64,000 bases of DNA from Schmidtea polychroa (lineage: Eukaryota): positions 10,914,001 to 10,978,000 of the forward strand of contig CM097885.1 of the NCBI GenBank assembly GCA_044892525.1. Reading direction: 5' to 3'. Each line of letters starts with the position of its first letter. Positions within the stretch are counted from its first letter, which is position 1. A program made the position numbers and the translations under genes. Positions 26,226 to 40,257 of the stretch are shown in pieces. The notes below the pieces were generated by a model. It worked only from the letters and a program-made list of their open reading frames with translations, was not told the DNA's origin and did not search any database.

Positions 26226-29200
26226 GAATTATATTGTTTTTCCTTTTTTGAATTGAATTCTGTTTTCCCCAGCCGGGCGTCTAATAGAATACAGATTTCT
26301 AAAAATCTCAACTGTTAATGAAATTATTAAATTTTGAACTATTTTATTTTAACCTTTTATTTTGTCTATCGATATAAATTATATAATTTGTCGAATTAAG
26401 AGCTCAATTTTAAAATTAACTGCAGGTAAGCCACATTTACATAGAGATGCTATTTTTCTCATACCACCAGTGAGCCGTTTATTATTGAAATAGTGAAAGA
26501 CCTTAAAGCATATAGTCGTCATAATTGAAACGCACAAATGTCGAACACAATCATTTATTGAAATTTCAATGGTTTCATTATCTGTGAAATTGATTTGAAT
26601 AAATTCTTCAAATGGTATTGGATTAGTAAATATGGTAAAATTCTTACAACATTAACTAGTTGCTTTCTAATACTTGAATTTTCTTTGAAACTTACCCTTT
26701 TAGCATGAGTACAGCAATTATTTATTGTATTGTATTTGTATCAGTCGTTGATAAAAAACAAAATCGCATATTTAATAATAGATTTTTATAATACATAAAT
26801 ACATTTTCCTCCTTCAATATTTCCTATTAGATTTGGCTTTAGAATGCAAAATTAAATTTTCTTCTAACTACGAATTTATGAGCAGGGTAGTTAGTTATCC
26901 ATGACAAGCAATATTTTATTTTTCTATTTTTGATGAACAATATGACATTTCAATAACCACTGATTAAAAATACTCGATGTCATCCAGAAACTTTAATAAA
27001 TATATCTACCGATAACTATTGGTTTTCGTTATTTTTTTCCTCTCATATTAATATGATGTAATATCAACAACTGATCTTTAAGTAATTTATGTTCACTTCT
27101 CGTTATTCTATAGACACTAGGAATTAATTTGTAAAAATAGTCTCTTTCATCAGCATTATAAAATTGTTCCTTATTTACTTTCATTTCTACTCGCAGTCAG
27201 CAACAGCCGGTCAAAATCTACTGTTGTGCTTGCATAAGACTCCCTTCGTAATTTTTGTAGCTTAATATCGTGTCGCTTTTAAACAATTCCAACTAGCTTT
27301 AGTTTATTAGAAATTTCAATTTCTTAATTAAAAATTAGTTAGGCTCACAAAATGACACATTGATTCAAATTCTTCAATCTCACATTAAGGTCTTTATCAA
27401 CAGTAGGATTTGGTAGTTTTATTTTTCGTGGAAACGTATATTTTGCATATTACTATTTCCAGTTTTCCTACGAGATTGGGTAGGAAAATTGCTTTAAAAA
27501 TAGTCTTATATACTTACAATTCGCCAGTTGATTAACCAATCTATATTTCAAGAAAAATGGCGAATTCTCGAGACTACTGTACTTTGCGTGGTCAAAGTGT
27601 TGTATTATTAATAGTGTAAATAACACAGATGATCCGCGTCCTTAGAAAATTCAAAATATGTAAACATGACATATTATTCGATTCATAAATTCTTAAAATA
27701 ACTCAAATTGACTGAGAAAAATGATCTTAATTGTATGAGTAATTTATAATTAATCCTGATATTAATCTTATAGAAATGGCTGGTCAAAAAAGTTATTTTT
27801 ATTTTACTAGGATTTTAGAATGAAGTTTTTAATATTTTTTCCAACTGAATGTTCAAATGAATAATTTTAATTCAACAAAAAAAGAAAATAAAAATAAACG
27901 AATTAAATTACAAAATAATCAAATCTTTGAAAAAAATGTATAATAAAAAATTTCAAAGTTTTGTAAGTCATTTGTGGTTGTAAATTCTATCAATTGAAAG
28001 TGACAATCAAAATTATTAAAAATAATTCATTATTTCAATTTGTCTGGCCTCTATGTTTCAATGATTTGCAGCAAACTATTATATAATGAAAAAAATCATT
28101 GATTTAATAATATAGAAAATACAAACTTATATCTGTGTAAATCCGTTTACCTTATTAGCTGCAAACATTTCTCGATTTACACGACTTTCCATTACCACTG
28201 TTTCTATTTTGTCAATTTTAAAAAAAAATGTATAAATATTATGACAAATGCATTTTGGGTTTCTTCTGAAATTGATGAAATATTAAAAGAACTGGAATTA
28301 ATTGGGAAAAAATGAGTTCATTGTCTACCGTAATTCCAAGTGCTGTTGAAATTAATTAATACTGAAAAAATCATTTTATTCGGCTTCAACAATTACAGTA
28401 AAAATCATAAAGATAGCAAAAACTGGAAACATTTCCTTCATTATGATCGAAGTTAGAAATTTCAACGAGAAATTAAACAATGTGTAGAATCATAAAAAGA
28501 CAGGAAAACACAAATTACAGTGTTATTGGAGTGATAAATAGAATAACGTTGAAGAAAATGAAGCTGATGATAATGTTCAGCTTATAAGGTAACGTAAAAA
28601 ATTGCCAACGATAAAGTAAATATTTTTTTATCTACTAGTTTATGCTATACAATAAGTTCCAATAAATAGCTAAGTTTATATATTTTTCTAAAAAAACTAC
28701 ATATTTCCTCTATATATTTCTTAACTTCAATTTACATGGTTATATTTCAAGGAACATATCTGTTATAGATTATGAAGTATCTTAAAAGATTTCCATTGAC
28801 ATTATTCATTTCAATTTAATAATTCATACATTCGTAAAATTCAGGTTTAATGTAAAAGTAAAAAAAATTCCAAATATTATTTTGAAATTATTGTATGTGG
28901 TTTTCTACTAAAATGTGTACAAACAAATTCAGTTATTATTACTCTAAAAATCAACTTAACTTTGTATAAAATCTTAGTAATATTCTTTGAAAATAAATCT
29001 TCAATTGTTTTATTATTTACCAATAATCTTTTCAAAAATATCATGTTCTAAAAGCACATCTAAATAATTACATAAAAATAATTTTAAAATTAAATTAAAA
29101 AGTCTAAATAACAATCCAACACACACTATAAAACACTAAAAACCGGAATTTGATCCTTATAAATTAAATCTAGTGAAAAACATATATACACTTAATGTCA

Positions 29201-30032
29201 ATTCAGGCTATTATTAAAATTTATGACAGTTATTAGGGTCTAAACACGTTTTTTTATCTATCCAAATATTTGCGATAATCCAATTATAAATTATCATGAA
29301 TAACCAGACTAATTTCGTTGATATTACCGAGTTTCCTCTAGACCATATATTACTGATATAAAATTTTGTCCAAATCCTATTTCTTTTAGTTAAATATGTT
29401 TTATTTGCGATGCTGCAAGCACCATGTATTAACAATAGGAAATTATTTTTATAAATAACCGATAATAAAAATTATTTAATAATTAAATGTCTATTATTAA
29501 TAAAATTTCCTCGTCATCATTAGTGCAAGGATACAAATTGATTAAATATCAGTCTTATACGGTTATTTTATTAGGATAGAAAATGAGATGAAAATTTTTA
29601 ATTTAATAATACTATGATTGGTTTTCTATTGATTTTGAAATATTTCTTAATTCAATATTCAATCGAATAATTTTAATTCAATAAGAAAAACTCGAATAAT
29701 AATTAACAAAAATTTTTGAAACATTAATGGCCATAATGTCCATTTAACTTCAACTTATTTACCATCGACGTAAATTTATTTCCTGTTGTACAATAGAGCC
29801 TGAAGACCCTGAAGAAATTCAACAAGATGATCTGGAAAAAGGACGGTCGAAAAAAGGCAATAATACACCGACAGACGAGTTAATTCCCGTCTATCGCAGA
29901 GACTCCCATCTAGAGGTTTACTGTGGTAGTCATCAATATCCAGGACGGGGAACTTACATATTGAAGTTTGACAATTCCTATTCCGTTTGGCGGTCCAAGT
30001 GGCTTTATTACCGAGTATATTATACCAAATAG
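8908..30032 (+). CDS. ACBD3: ACBD3/GCP60-like Golgi adaptor (Q domain + GOLD domain). Exons 8908-9029, 9076-9163, 9211-9312, [at least one unresolved exon], 24691-25011, 29797-30032
   Basis: GT-AG splicing gives [39 protein letters not shown] (Q domain), [27 protein letters not shown] and [51 protein letters not shown] (GOLD). Phases match at every junction except 9312 (phase 0) to 24691 (phase 1). Confidence 0.9.
9921..10713. mobile_element. Non-autonomous hAT-like element
   Basis: 12-bp TIRs CAGTGGCGTAGC / GCTACGCCACTG; imperfect 8-bp flanks CTTAGTTA / CTTAGCTT. Confidence 0.6.
10338..10660 (-). pseudogene. Fragment of restriction-like endonuclease domain from an R2/R4/NeSL-type non-LTR retrotransposon
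   Basis: LKPE...[11 protein letters not shown]....K..KY..LA matches the RLE PD..(D/E)xK...K..KY pattern. Confidence 0.65.
11500..12300 (-). pseudogene. Merlin / ISXO2(IS1595)-like transposase remnant
   Basis: Minus-strand translation with stops: [51 protein letters not shown]. Confidence 0.7.
12850..13230 (-). pseudogene. Possible third Merlin N-terminal remnant
   Basis: Fragments [10 protein letters not shown] and [16 protein letters not shown] resemble the Merlin N-terminal zinc-ribbon region; heavily decayed. Confidence 0.35.
14230..15110 (-). pseudogene. Merlin / ISXO2-like transposase remnant
   Basis: [36 protein letters not shown] and [30 protein letters not shown] in frameshifted ORFs. 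Confidence 0.85.
15965..16100 (+). pseudogene. Penelope-like GIY-YIG endonuclease fragment
   Basis: [31 protein letters not shown] matches the Penelope VVY-C-C-YIG-T-R-R-EH pattern. Confidence 0.75.
16141..16377 (-). mobile_element. Short non-autonomous Helitron-like element
   Basis: Minus strand starts TCTCTCTATATATAAAA and ends with a GC-rich stretch then CTAG; it sits between A and T. Confidence 0.55.
16438..16505. repeat. (AAT)n microsatellite
   Basis: Direct reading. Confidence 0.95.
19900..20523 (+). pseudogene. piggyBac transposase C-terminal remnant
   Basis: [15 protein letters not shown] (cf. YNxxMxGVDxxDQ), INCVL.NSF..Y, and a Cys-rich tail C.VPL...CYECYQT*. Confidence 0.65.
20581..20716. 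repeat. ~57-bp inverted repeat with ~21-nt loop (MITE-like hairpin)
   Basis: TCAAATTCGATTAAAGAACATATTTACTTTGCATCAAAATGATGTTATGTTTATTTG pairs with 20660-20716 with few mismatches. Confidence 0.85.
25027..25320. repeat. (AAT)n tract followed by an inverted pair of a ~100-bp dispersed repeat, also present at ~35995-36085
   Basis: GACAAGGACTATCTTATAG..CGCAGCTAAAGACTTAAATTATCA..TTGTTT; a reverse-complement copy follows at ~25223-25300 and another occurs at 36001-36085. Confidence 0.7.
25600..26036 (+). pseudogene. pogo/Tigger-type transposase N-terminal CENP-B HTH remnant
   Basis: FEDLDSLLY...SRSMINKRA...[18 protein letters not shown] matches the HTH_Tnp_Tc5 GWLxRFxxR motif. Confidence 0.75.
26137..26222. 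repeat. (TA)n microsatellite
   Basis: Direct reading. Confidence 0.95.
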
Positions 30033-30554
30033 ATTAGCACAAGTATCAGACAAAAACAATGTTGATTTTGTTGTCATTCTTTTTGACAATTGTTTCATTG
30101 TTTTTATTTCATTTGTATAAGTATCTACAAATTTGCTTGACACGCGGAGTGATTGATATTGAATGATTGGTTGGTTGTTGTTTATTGATTGATGTTGATT
30201 GGTTGATATTGATTGATTTCGATTGATTGATCGATTAATTGGTAGATTGATTGGACAGAGTAGCACCATGTACCATTAATCAATACGGGGGCTTTTTAAT
30301 AATCATTATCAGTCAATATATGTAATCTCATTGTTTTGTCAATAAATCACTTTTTCTTACATTTTACGAAATTATTGAAAAAAGAATATTTCTAAATTCT
30401 TGTGTGAAATCAGTAAAACAATTATTTTAGCAATAATAATTTCTATATAGCACTTACTTAATTTTATAAGAATTATTATGTTATTTTTCATGTCGATCAT
30501 TTTGTTATTTGTTATTATGATTGTTATGATTCTAATAAATTCAATTTTTGCAAT

Positions 30555-30836
30555 GTTTATTATTATTTATTATTTATATTATTATTAATATTATTTATTA
30601 TTATTATTTATTATTATTATTTATTATTATTATTATTTATTATTATTATTTATTATTATTATTAATATTATTATTTATTAATTATTATTAATTTTATTTA
30701 TTATTATTAATATTATTATTTATTATTATTAATATTATTATTTATTATTATTAATATTATTATTTATTATTAATATTATTTATTGTTATTATTAATATTA
30801 TTATTTATTATTAATATTATTTATTATTATTATTTA
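30555..30836. repeat. Imperfect (ATT)n tract
   Basis: Direct reading. Confidence 0.9.
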
Positions 30837-32339
30837 CTCATATTTGCTGTGTTTTATTTATAGATAAACTTTACAATTTCCCTTTTTTATTTATTTGTCT
30901 CAAATAATTAAAAGAAATATGATTTCCTCGTAAAATTTTAATTTTGCGCGATAAAATTGGAATATTTGAGATATCGATATTGACCAGAATTAATTAATTA
31001 TTTGTAGCCGAGTACTCCTTATACATTTGCAGTGTGATGGATTCGAATCCCTATATCTCTAAATTATTTGAATCAGCATGTTTTGTTTAGTTTAAATTGA
31101 AAATTTTATTGAAATCGAGAATCTTTGATCGAATAAATTATTTACTGCAAAGAAATGCAGTGGTATTATTATTTTATATGAGACTGGTGGTTAAGTGTGT
31201 TCATTTTTTATTTTTGATTATGTTGTTTTTTAAAAATTGACTTATTATTAATTTTTAAGAATTTTTATAGTAGATCGAATTAGCATGCATTGTTTGTTAT
31301 AAATATAAATTTCCATAAACATCGGTCAATGACATTTACTTAAATATTTATTCTATTTCTCATCTACTGACATAAAATGCAATAAACAAGCATTACGTCA
31401 TAATTGATTTAGACCATTTTAGGTTTCGTTTAATATAAAAAAACTAATGAAAGCATAAATTTATTAAACAGTTTAAAAATTTTATCTATTGGTCCTTTTT
31501 TATAGATGGTATGCAAACGTTATCAAAGTTAAAGAACAAAGGAAATTTTCCATTTTCAGTACATAGCAACCACACTAATAGTAGCTGTCATTCTTGCCCT
31601 AACCACTAATCCTAATCATTGAGTCGTAGTAGTGGTAATGGTATGTGAAATTGGGGTAGCGCTACTGTATGACAGTACTTACCATGTGTGACGACTCAGA
31701 AACTAAAAGCATTGGTTGTGCTCAGTAAGTGGGGTCATTGTGTGATTGTAGTGACAAGTGAGGAGTATAAACCAAAACAAATATAACATGATACACAGTA
31801 TTATCTAATATTTGTAGGGGTACTCCGGAGTAGGGGATTTCAAAATTTATAAAGTTGCATAATTCATAAGTATAAGTAAATAATAGTTTCCACTGCCCTT
31901 TCACATTTTTCTTACGTTCGTTATTCAATAAATTAATTTATACTATTCTAATAAAAATCTTTTAAAACAAATTCTATAATACATTTAGATGTGTTTTATT
32001 AAATCAATGATGCTAAATTAATTAGCAAAAACTAGCAGTAAAAACATAGTTTTTAAAACTCTTTCACATTCTCTCAAAATTAAAATTTCAATATTCGAGC
32101 TCAGTGCTATGAAAAGTTTAATATTATGCAAAATCACCAAGTTAAAAAATTACTTTAAAAGCAACATTTTATTAATATTTTGAAAGAAATTTGTAAAACT
32201 TTCAAAAAAGTTAATGAAAGTACCTTCGACCGATCTGAATTTTTGAAAGAATGCATTGTTCTCAACAACGCATCTAGCTGCCAAATTTCAGCTCGATACG
32301 ATCACGGTAAGTGGGTTAATTTGCCGTAGTTAGATTTGC

Positions 32340-34745
32340 GTGGCTCATACAAATATTCAAACATACATACAAAGTTAAGTCATAGTTTTTTCGTAATTCA
32401 CAAATGATCTGCAGACGTCTTCGGACTAGCATCTCAGCTATTCCATGAGTTCGGTTTCTGACAGTATCCGCTAAAACTGAATCTATCCAACTCCTGGCGG
32501 TAGCGGAATCTGTTACTACATCTAAGTTGCTTCTTTCCCATCTGATGGCTAAGGTAATTCCCTTTATCACAGCATCTAAATCTGCAAGGTTTATATGAGC
32601 AAAATCGTTTTTCTTCCTCATCCATGATGCATCTTCGACGATTTTTCCTGATATTTTTAACGCAACTCCTAATGCCAGATTGCTCGCATCGCACCAGACA
32701 ATCGTAGATCCGTCCTTGTTTACGTGCCACTCACCAGTCACGGGATCGCTCTCTTTCAAACGATACATCATTTCGTTAACCATTTTTAACGCGATTTTTC
32801 CAATCGTATCATCTCACTTACTTCCAGAACTGTGTCGTTTTATATAGGTACTTGCTACTCTTAACCATCTAGCAACGGGAAAGTGCCCAACGAGTTGACC
32901 ACAGAGGGAAAATAACTCCCTTCTTGACATAGTTGTAAACTGTGTGGCAAAATGTTTCCACGATGCCACGTACGACCGTTAATACTTGTTTGAAGCTGGA
33001 GACCTAGCACTCTTGTATCATCAAACTCTTCCGGTGGCTTTGTAATTAGCCCGTATGCTGCTAAATGGCCTATTACTTCATTGACGTTTATTCTTGACTG
33101 GTTAACAATAATGTCATCAATATAACTATCCATTGCTTTCCTGATATCTTATCTTAAACTCAGTACCGTCCGTAATATTGTTGACATTATTTTCGGAGCC
33201 ACATTTAAACCAAAACCGAGTCTCATTAGAAAGTATCCGTTCCTTTTGTAACTAACACTTTGGTGCTCCAATAGGTCTTCATCAACATGTATCTGAAGAT
33301 AAGCATTTTTAAGATCAATTGATATAACCTGTTCGCCCATCATTCGCCATCGCCTTAATGATTCACCACATACATCACTTTGTCCAGTATGGCTACTAAC
33401 ATATTTATTTAGTTCTCGAAAATCCATTACTGGACGAACTTTTCCTTTGTTTGCTTGCTCTACTGCCAATAACGGAATTTTTCCATACACGACGTCTTTC
33501 GTTGGAATTAGCCATCCTTCTTGAATCCACCGTTCAACCTCCGTGTCAAACTTGTTCTGCAGCTCTGGACCGATTTTATAATTTGAAATTCTATTCAATA
33601 GTACAGCTGGTTCTGCTTTCCTTTTCCACTTCACGGTCCACTTGCCATCACTGAATGCTGCCGAAAAATCACCATATTCAATTCGCAAATTCTTATTTAA
33701 CTGGTTCTCAGTCACTCACGATACGTTTGCAATACCTGGAAAAGATACAACGGTCTTGTCAATTTTAAGACCTCCCAGCATTCCTATTACGTCCATTCCT
33801 AAAATCATTTCAACATTAAGTGGTAGTTTCATCAACGAAACACTCAATAAACTACGACCAACAATCAGCTGAACTTTCACATCACGAATACACTTGACTA
33901 GTGATCCATCCGCAGTCATGATACTCTCATTCCGTATAAATCGTTTCTTTGCAATTCTGGCTGACACAACTGATTTGGAACATCCCGAGTCGATCAATGC
34001 TTTCACGGACTCCCCATTGATTATGACTGAAATAAACTGCAGCGCCATTATATTCGTGCTAGAGTAGACGCTGGCGCCTGCGCTACTCCATAGGCATTTC
34101 CCGACTCTGCATTCCCGGTACACTCCTTTGCAACGTGGCCCTCTTCTGCACATAGCCAACACTTCTTTCCTTGTTTCTTGAAACATTCTTCTAGATGACC
34201 ATTCTTTCCACAATACGAGCATTTCTTTTGCTTGTCTTATTTTCCACGACAGCCGAACACAGTTCCATACTGTCACAGTTTACTAAGACACGAGACTGTT
34301 TCAAGACCTCAACAAGAGACATCTGCTGAATATTGGCATTGGATCGTAACTGTTGTGACGACACTGCTGGCAAACCCATGATGAATGCGCTTTTAATTAA
34401 GATGTCGTTATCTATCTTGACCAGAGATGCTAAGTTTTTGATATCATTCAAATAGACATCTACTGGCTCATTGCACCACTTTCGTTCACGGAATCGGTCA
34501 TATGCTTGAAACATATCTATCGAATAGACATCGATTAAGGCATGTTCGATCTTCAATGCGTTGCCTTTGTCTTCCGCGATCAAATGCGGATATACTGCAA
34601 AAGCTGGTCCATCTAGATATAAAGTAATTATTGATTCCAACTCCAAGATTTTTTGAATTTTTGCAACTAGCTTAACTTTCTGAATGAACTGTTGAACGTC
34701 ACCTTCTACATTGAAAATAGGTATCATCCTGTCCTTGATATGACC
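32340..34745 (-). mobile_element. Degenerate Ty3/Gypsy internal region (gag-protease-RT-RNase H), truncated before the integrase
   Basis: gag 34191-34727; protease ALIDSGCSKS; RT KVRPVMDFRELN, IDLKNAYLQI, RLGFGLNVAP, YIDDII; RNase H WCDASNLALG and VTDS. Several stops and frameshifts. Confidence 0.9.
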
Positions 34746-35674
34746 ACGTTTGCTTGTTTTATTGACACAATGAAATCACAACGTTTTTTAAATTCTATTT
34801 TTATCACAATATGTGCATATTAAAACAAATTTAATTACGCAATTACATTGTTATTATATATTATAAGATAACGCTAATCAAACATTCTTTTCACGATATA
34901 TTTCGACAGTTTTCCTGTCATTATCAGGTGGGATATAATAACTAATTAAATTAAGGATTTTAAACAAATTTATTAATTATATATAAAAAATTTTTTTTAT
35001 CTTATAATTAAATCATTGCCATGTATGTTTAACTATCTATTATATATTGTTAAATAATAATTATTTTATTTATTTTGCTGACTTTAGTTATAAATCAAAT
35101 CAGTTGTATATTTTCAATTTCTTATTATCAAATATATTTAAAAGAAAAATAATAATCCTCATTATCAAGAGAAATCTATAGATATAAATATATCCCAGAA
35201 GATTTCATTATAATATTATTGAGATATTATCAAAGTTATTTATATGTTTAAGGTATTTTTCAGTGCTTGATATTATAATTCGAAATTAAAATATTTACAG
35301 TTTGCATTTAACATGTTTCGTATTTTCATCAATATTATCAACTTCTGATCTCTACATTTTGCTTGGTGTTTTTTATATTGTTGTTGTATTATTGTTGTAT
35401 TTCACCCTAGATATATACTCACTTTTTGCATTTTTATTATTTCATTAATAATATTATTATTAATATTAACATCGAAAAGAAAATCATTTCCCTTTTAGGG
35501 GGCACAGAAAAATTTAAAAAAAAAATTAATATATTTTAATTTTCACATATTTACTATAACTAAAAATAAAATTAAATAATTTCTTAATTATAATTATGTA
35601 GTGATTAATATTTCGAACAAATCAAAGACTATTTTAATTTTCAAATACAAAGGAAATTTAAAATTAAAATTAAC

Positions 35675-35960
<286 letters not shown>

Positions 35961-37405
35961 GTATAAAATGATGATTTCTTGGTAGCAGCATTTTTATTTA
36001 AAACAATAAAATGATAATTTAAGCCTTTTGCTGCAAATAATGTATTTACTGAAAGAATTTTCGACTATAAGATAGTCCTTGTCAATTGATTTTTAAAATG
36101 TTCAATATTTCTTTGGAAATTACAAAACAAACATAAAATATTAAAAACTAAGATAAATGAAATACATTAAATTTGGTCATTTGAAAGATTTTTAATTACT
36201 TTAATAGTTGGGGCACAAAGAATAGTTTGGGAAACATTGCTCTATAGTAAGTGGTCTAACAACATACTACAGAGATAAAAATAGAAATATTGATTAAAAA
36301 GAAAACGAATGAAAAAAATTAAGGAAATTGGAATATTTTGAAGTTATAAAAAAATCTGAATGAAATATTTTTGTGTTTTTCAATTTTAACAGGTGAATAA
36401 ATATTGGTATTGTCATTATTGTATTTATTAAAAAGCTTGACTATGAATCAGTAAATATATCGATGTTTTCTTGATATTTATGAATTTTTGGCACTGCCCT
36501 TATCAAGTGATTTTCTTAAAATTGCTTACGCCATCAATCATTATTGTAATTTGGTTTTAATGTTGTCTAAACAGGATTGTTCAGATGCATCAATGCTTAT
36601 ATGGCTTTATGGTCGAAAGACATAATACGTTAGTCACTGAGCAAAGAGTGGATATCACTATTAGAACCGATTATTCCATAAACCGGTTCATATACTTTTA
36701 AAAATTGACAAAAAATAGTTCTCATCGTCCATATCATTAACGATACCGAAAGGTTTTACCACCTAAAAAATTTTAAAAACGTGTAAATTAAATATGATAA
36801 AAGAAATAAATATATGATATAAATATATGATAATAAAAAAAATATGATATAAGAAATTCTAAATATTATCAGAAATATCCCGCCGTTTCCCAGTGCTTAG
36901 GAGAATCACTCCTATATAACATTCATAGCACTGGGCAGAAACACTTTCTCTTTCAAAGATTTTTCAACGTGCAAGAATAAAAATGAATATATATGAAATT
37001 ATCAAAACCGCCGTTTCCCAGTGCTTAGCAGAATTACTGCTATACAACATTCCTAGCACTGGGAAGAAATCGGAGGACCTAAAGAATAATACTACTAAAA
37101 CTCCGGAGACAAATAATTTAACTGATAATACAAATTCAATTAATTATAATTTTAACAGGAATAGCGCCCAATCTCTTTCTACTAGAACAAGGATGAATAC
37201 GCACCCGCATGAACTCTATGCCAAAGGTATTGGGAAAATGACTCCCAATGCCCCATTTCTTATCCAGGATCCCAATCTGAGAACATCACCGAGCCAAAGT
37301 ACCAATGGAACAATGCCGAATACACTTAATGATGACTATGCCAAGGATATTGGGAGTCATTCTCCAATCCTCAATTCATGGAGATCCAAATACAGCCGTG
37401 CATAT

Positions 37406-40257
37406 TAGGGTGGAGTGAAAATGACCGAAAAAAAATTTTTTGACTTAGTAGACTTTGGATAGTTATAAAAACTTGCTATGAGGTCCAATGAAGTACTCTG
37501 TAAAGAAAAACAATAATTTAAATAATGTCTTGAGGTTCCACAACCAACTTTAAAATGTAACCATTGATAAGAAAACGATAATGTATTTGCTATTATTGAC
37601 ATATTATTGAAGTCATTGATGGCATTTAAATAATATTTTCATTACTTTTAATAGCAAAATATTTGCCACCCATACACTATGGATTTTAAATGCCGCTGGT
37701 TTTCCTTTTTAGAGTTGCAATGGCTGTAACCAGAAAGAAAGTGTCTTGTGTCATCTTTGGTGGTCCATCCGAGATGCCCGACAATCAACTACCGACTTAT
37801 GCAGATGTTATGAAATTCTACAACCTGACAAAGCAGAGACTGAAATGCGAATTGAACAATAAAGATCCTTCACATCGCAACGTGGCAGAAACAGTGTCAA
37901 TGAAAGTAGAACAAATATGAGACAAAGCTTCCATACCACATGTAAGCCACCGCCGTGTTCATGAAATGTTGAACGTGTACCACAAGACGTTCATGAAATT
38001 GCTGAAGCCATATAAATCTAGGAAGGACTCAGAACCATACAGAGAGAAAATATCGCAGTTTAAAGATGAATCGATTAAACTCTTTGACATTTGCTCCTGC
38101 AAGTGCTCTTGTATGTCTCAGTGTCACTGTGAGAAGTCAAGAAAGATACCCACAATTGAACGTGACTTTCTAGAAGATCAGCGGGGTTCACGCTGTATGA
38201 TCATAGCTGGAGTTGATGAGTTTGAATCCAGTATATTACAAAAGCGGTATATCCGTAAAGAGTCGACACAGAGGCAGATGTGTACCAAATCTGCCATTGA
38301 TGACATCGGTGATAAACAGTCGGATGTCTGTGACGAGATTTCTGGAATGGAAGAGGAAATGGATACCGGCGATGATGACTCTGATGACGATTGTATAAGC
38401 CAAATTAAACAACAGCGAAAATTGAATGACAAGCAGATGAGAGTTAAGCTACCGTCGTTGGCTTTAGCGTGTGATCGACATGGCGTATCCGACAGGGCGG
38501 CAGCAGGAATCGCCAGTGCTGTTCTTCAAGATGTTGGAATAATCCACGAACATGATGTTTCTAAAGTTATTGACAGAAGTAAAGTGCGTCGAGAACGTTG
38601 TAATAAGCGTGGCGCATTATGTGCCGAAGTCAGTAACACAATCACTGGGTTATATTTTGACGGCAGAAAAGACAATACAATGACCCAAATTAAAGAATGC
38701 GATGGTAAATTTCATCGGAAAATAATAACTGAAGAACATATATCGATTATAGCCGAACCAGGAGCTACATATTTCGGTCACATTACACCAACTGCAGGGT
38801 CAAGCAAAGTTATCACGGCTGAGTTGATTGCATATTTGAATAAAAGAAATGTTGACACGAGTGGCATAAAAGCAATAGTTTGTGATGGGACAGCCACTAA
38901 TACGGGCATTCGAGGAGGCATCATTCGATTACTTGAAGTGACGTTACACAGACCGCTACAGTGGTTCGTATGTCAGTTGCATGCAAACGAATTACCGTTA
39001 AGACATTTGTTTCAGTATCTCGATGGACCTACCAATGGTCCAAAAGGATTTTCTGGTCCCATTGGAAAGTCATTGTTGAATTGTGAGAAGCTTCCCATCG
39101 TTGACTACATGCCGATAAACTGTGTTCTACCGTCAAGTGCAAGTTCCGACGATTTAAGTACAGATCAGAAATACCTGTTCGATTTGTGTACTACTGTAAG
39201 TGTTGGTATTTGTCCTGTCGACCATTCACTTCGCAATCCTGGTCTTATCAACCATTCGAGATGGTTAACCACGGCTAATCGCATACTACGTCTGTATGTT
39301 GCCACAAGAAGCCCGTCGGATGAACTAAAGACGCTTGCTACCTTCATCGTAACAGTTTATGCACCTGCATGGTTTGAAATAAAGAATACCCCTTCGTGTA
39401 AAGACGGCGCTCGACATGTCCACAGTACGATACTGAAATCACGCTACCTCACAGACGAGCTGAAGAAAGTTGTTGACCCGGTAATTCAACGCAACGCATT
39501 CTTTAGTCATCCAGAAAATCTGTTGCTTGCGATGCTTACCGATGAAAGATCAGATATACGCGAGTTAGCTCTGCGACGCATACTGAAATCCAGAAAGCAG
39601 AAACGTACGACTTCAGTTAGATCTTTCTGCGTGCCAGTAATCAACTTTGAGGCTACTAGCTACATAGACATGATCGATTGGCAGAAAACTCCGATCACAG
39701 AGCCTCCAATCGTAGTGGACATTGACGAAGATACTTTGTTAACCATGATCCGGGAAGAAGAAACGCCAAGACTGGATTTCGCCCGCTATCCTTGTCACAC
39801 CCAGGCAGTAGAGAGACATATCAAGCTAGTGACAGAAGCATCCGAAATGGTGTGTGGTCCAGAAAAACGCGACGGATTCATTAGAGCACGCTTGGAATCG
39901 AGATTGAAAATGCCAAAACTGGACACCAAAGCCCAACATCATTTGTAGTTATAAAAACATGTTAGACAGTTTGCATGTGGTTTCCCTTCACAGATATGGT
40001 TCTTATTACTTGTAATGTTATGTACAGACTGTTAAAAAGTTAAACCATAACATAAATATGTTACTTATAAAAAAATGTTTTTTTTAAAGATTATTGCTTT
40101 TTTATCGAAATATGCCTATACTTTAGGTCAATTGTGGAACCTCAAGATATGCTTTAAATTGTCTAATTGTTTGCCACATTACTAATTGCATGTGTTACCA
40201 AGTTTTTATAGCTATCCAAACAAGATATTAAGAAAAAAAAATTTTCACTCCACCCTA
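37406..40257 (+). mobile_element. hAT superfamily (hATm-type) DNA transposon, complete
   Basis: 17-bp TIRs TAGGGTGGAGTGAAAAT / ATTTTCACTCCACCCTA; perfect 8-bp TSD GTGCATAT (37398-37405 and 40258-40265). Confidence 0.95.
37720..39948 (+). pseudogene. hATm transposase with a single in-frame TGA at 37918-37920
   Basis: ORFs 37690-37920 and 37966-39948 share a frame (QI*DKASIP, probably W). Motifs YFDGRKD, CDGT, CQLH, HSRWLT, PCHTQAVERHIK. Confidence 0.85.

Noticed and set aside
26550..28600. Possible decayed transposase fragments
   Set aside because: No motif could be read with enough confidence to name a family.
29910..30269. 119-aa minus-strand ORF
   Set aside because: Antisense to the last ACBD3 exon and TTGA-rich 3' UTR repeats.
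31003..31060. A-box/B-box-like motifs (TAGCCGAGT..GATTCGAATCCC)
   Set aside because: No cloverleaf or clear terminator; at most a decayed SINE head.
32100..32370. Possible Helentron/HINE-like repeat truncating the second Gypsy
   Set aside because: Only a vague resemblance (AAATTTCAGCTCGAT..ACATACATAC); no defined termini.
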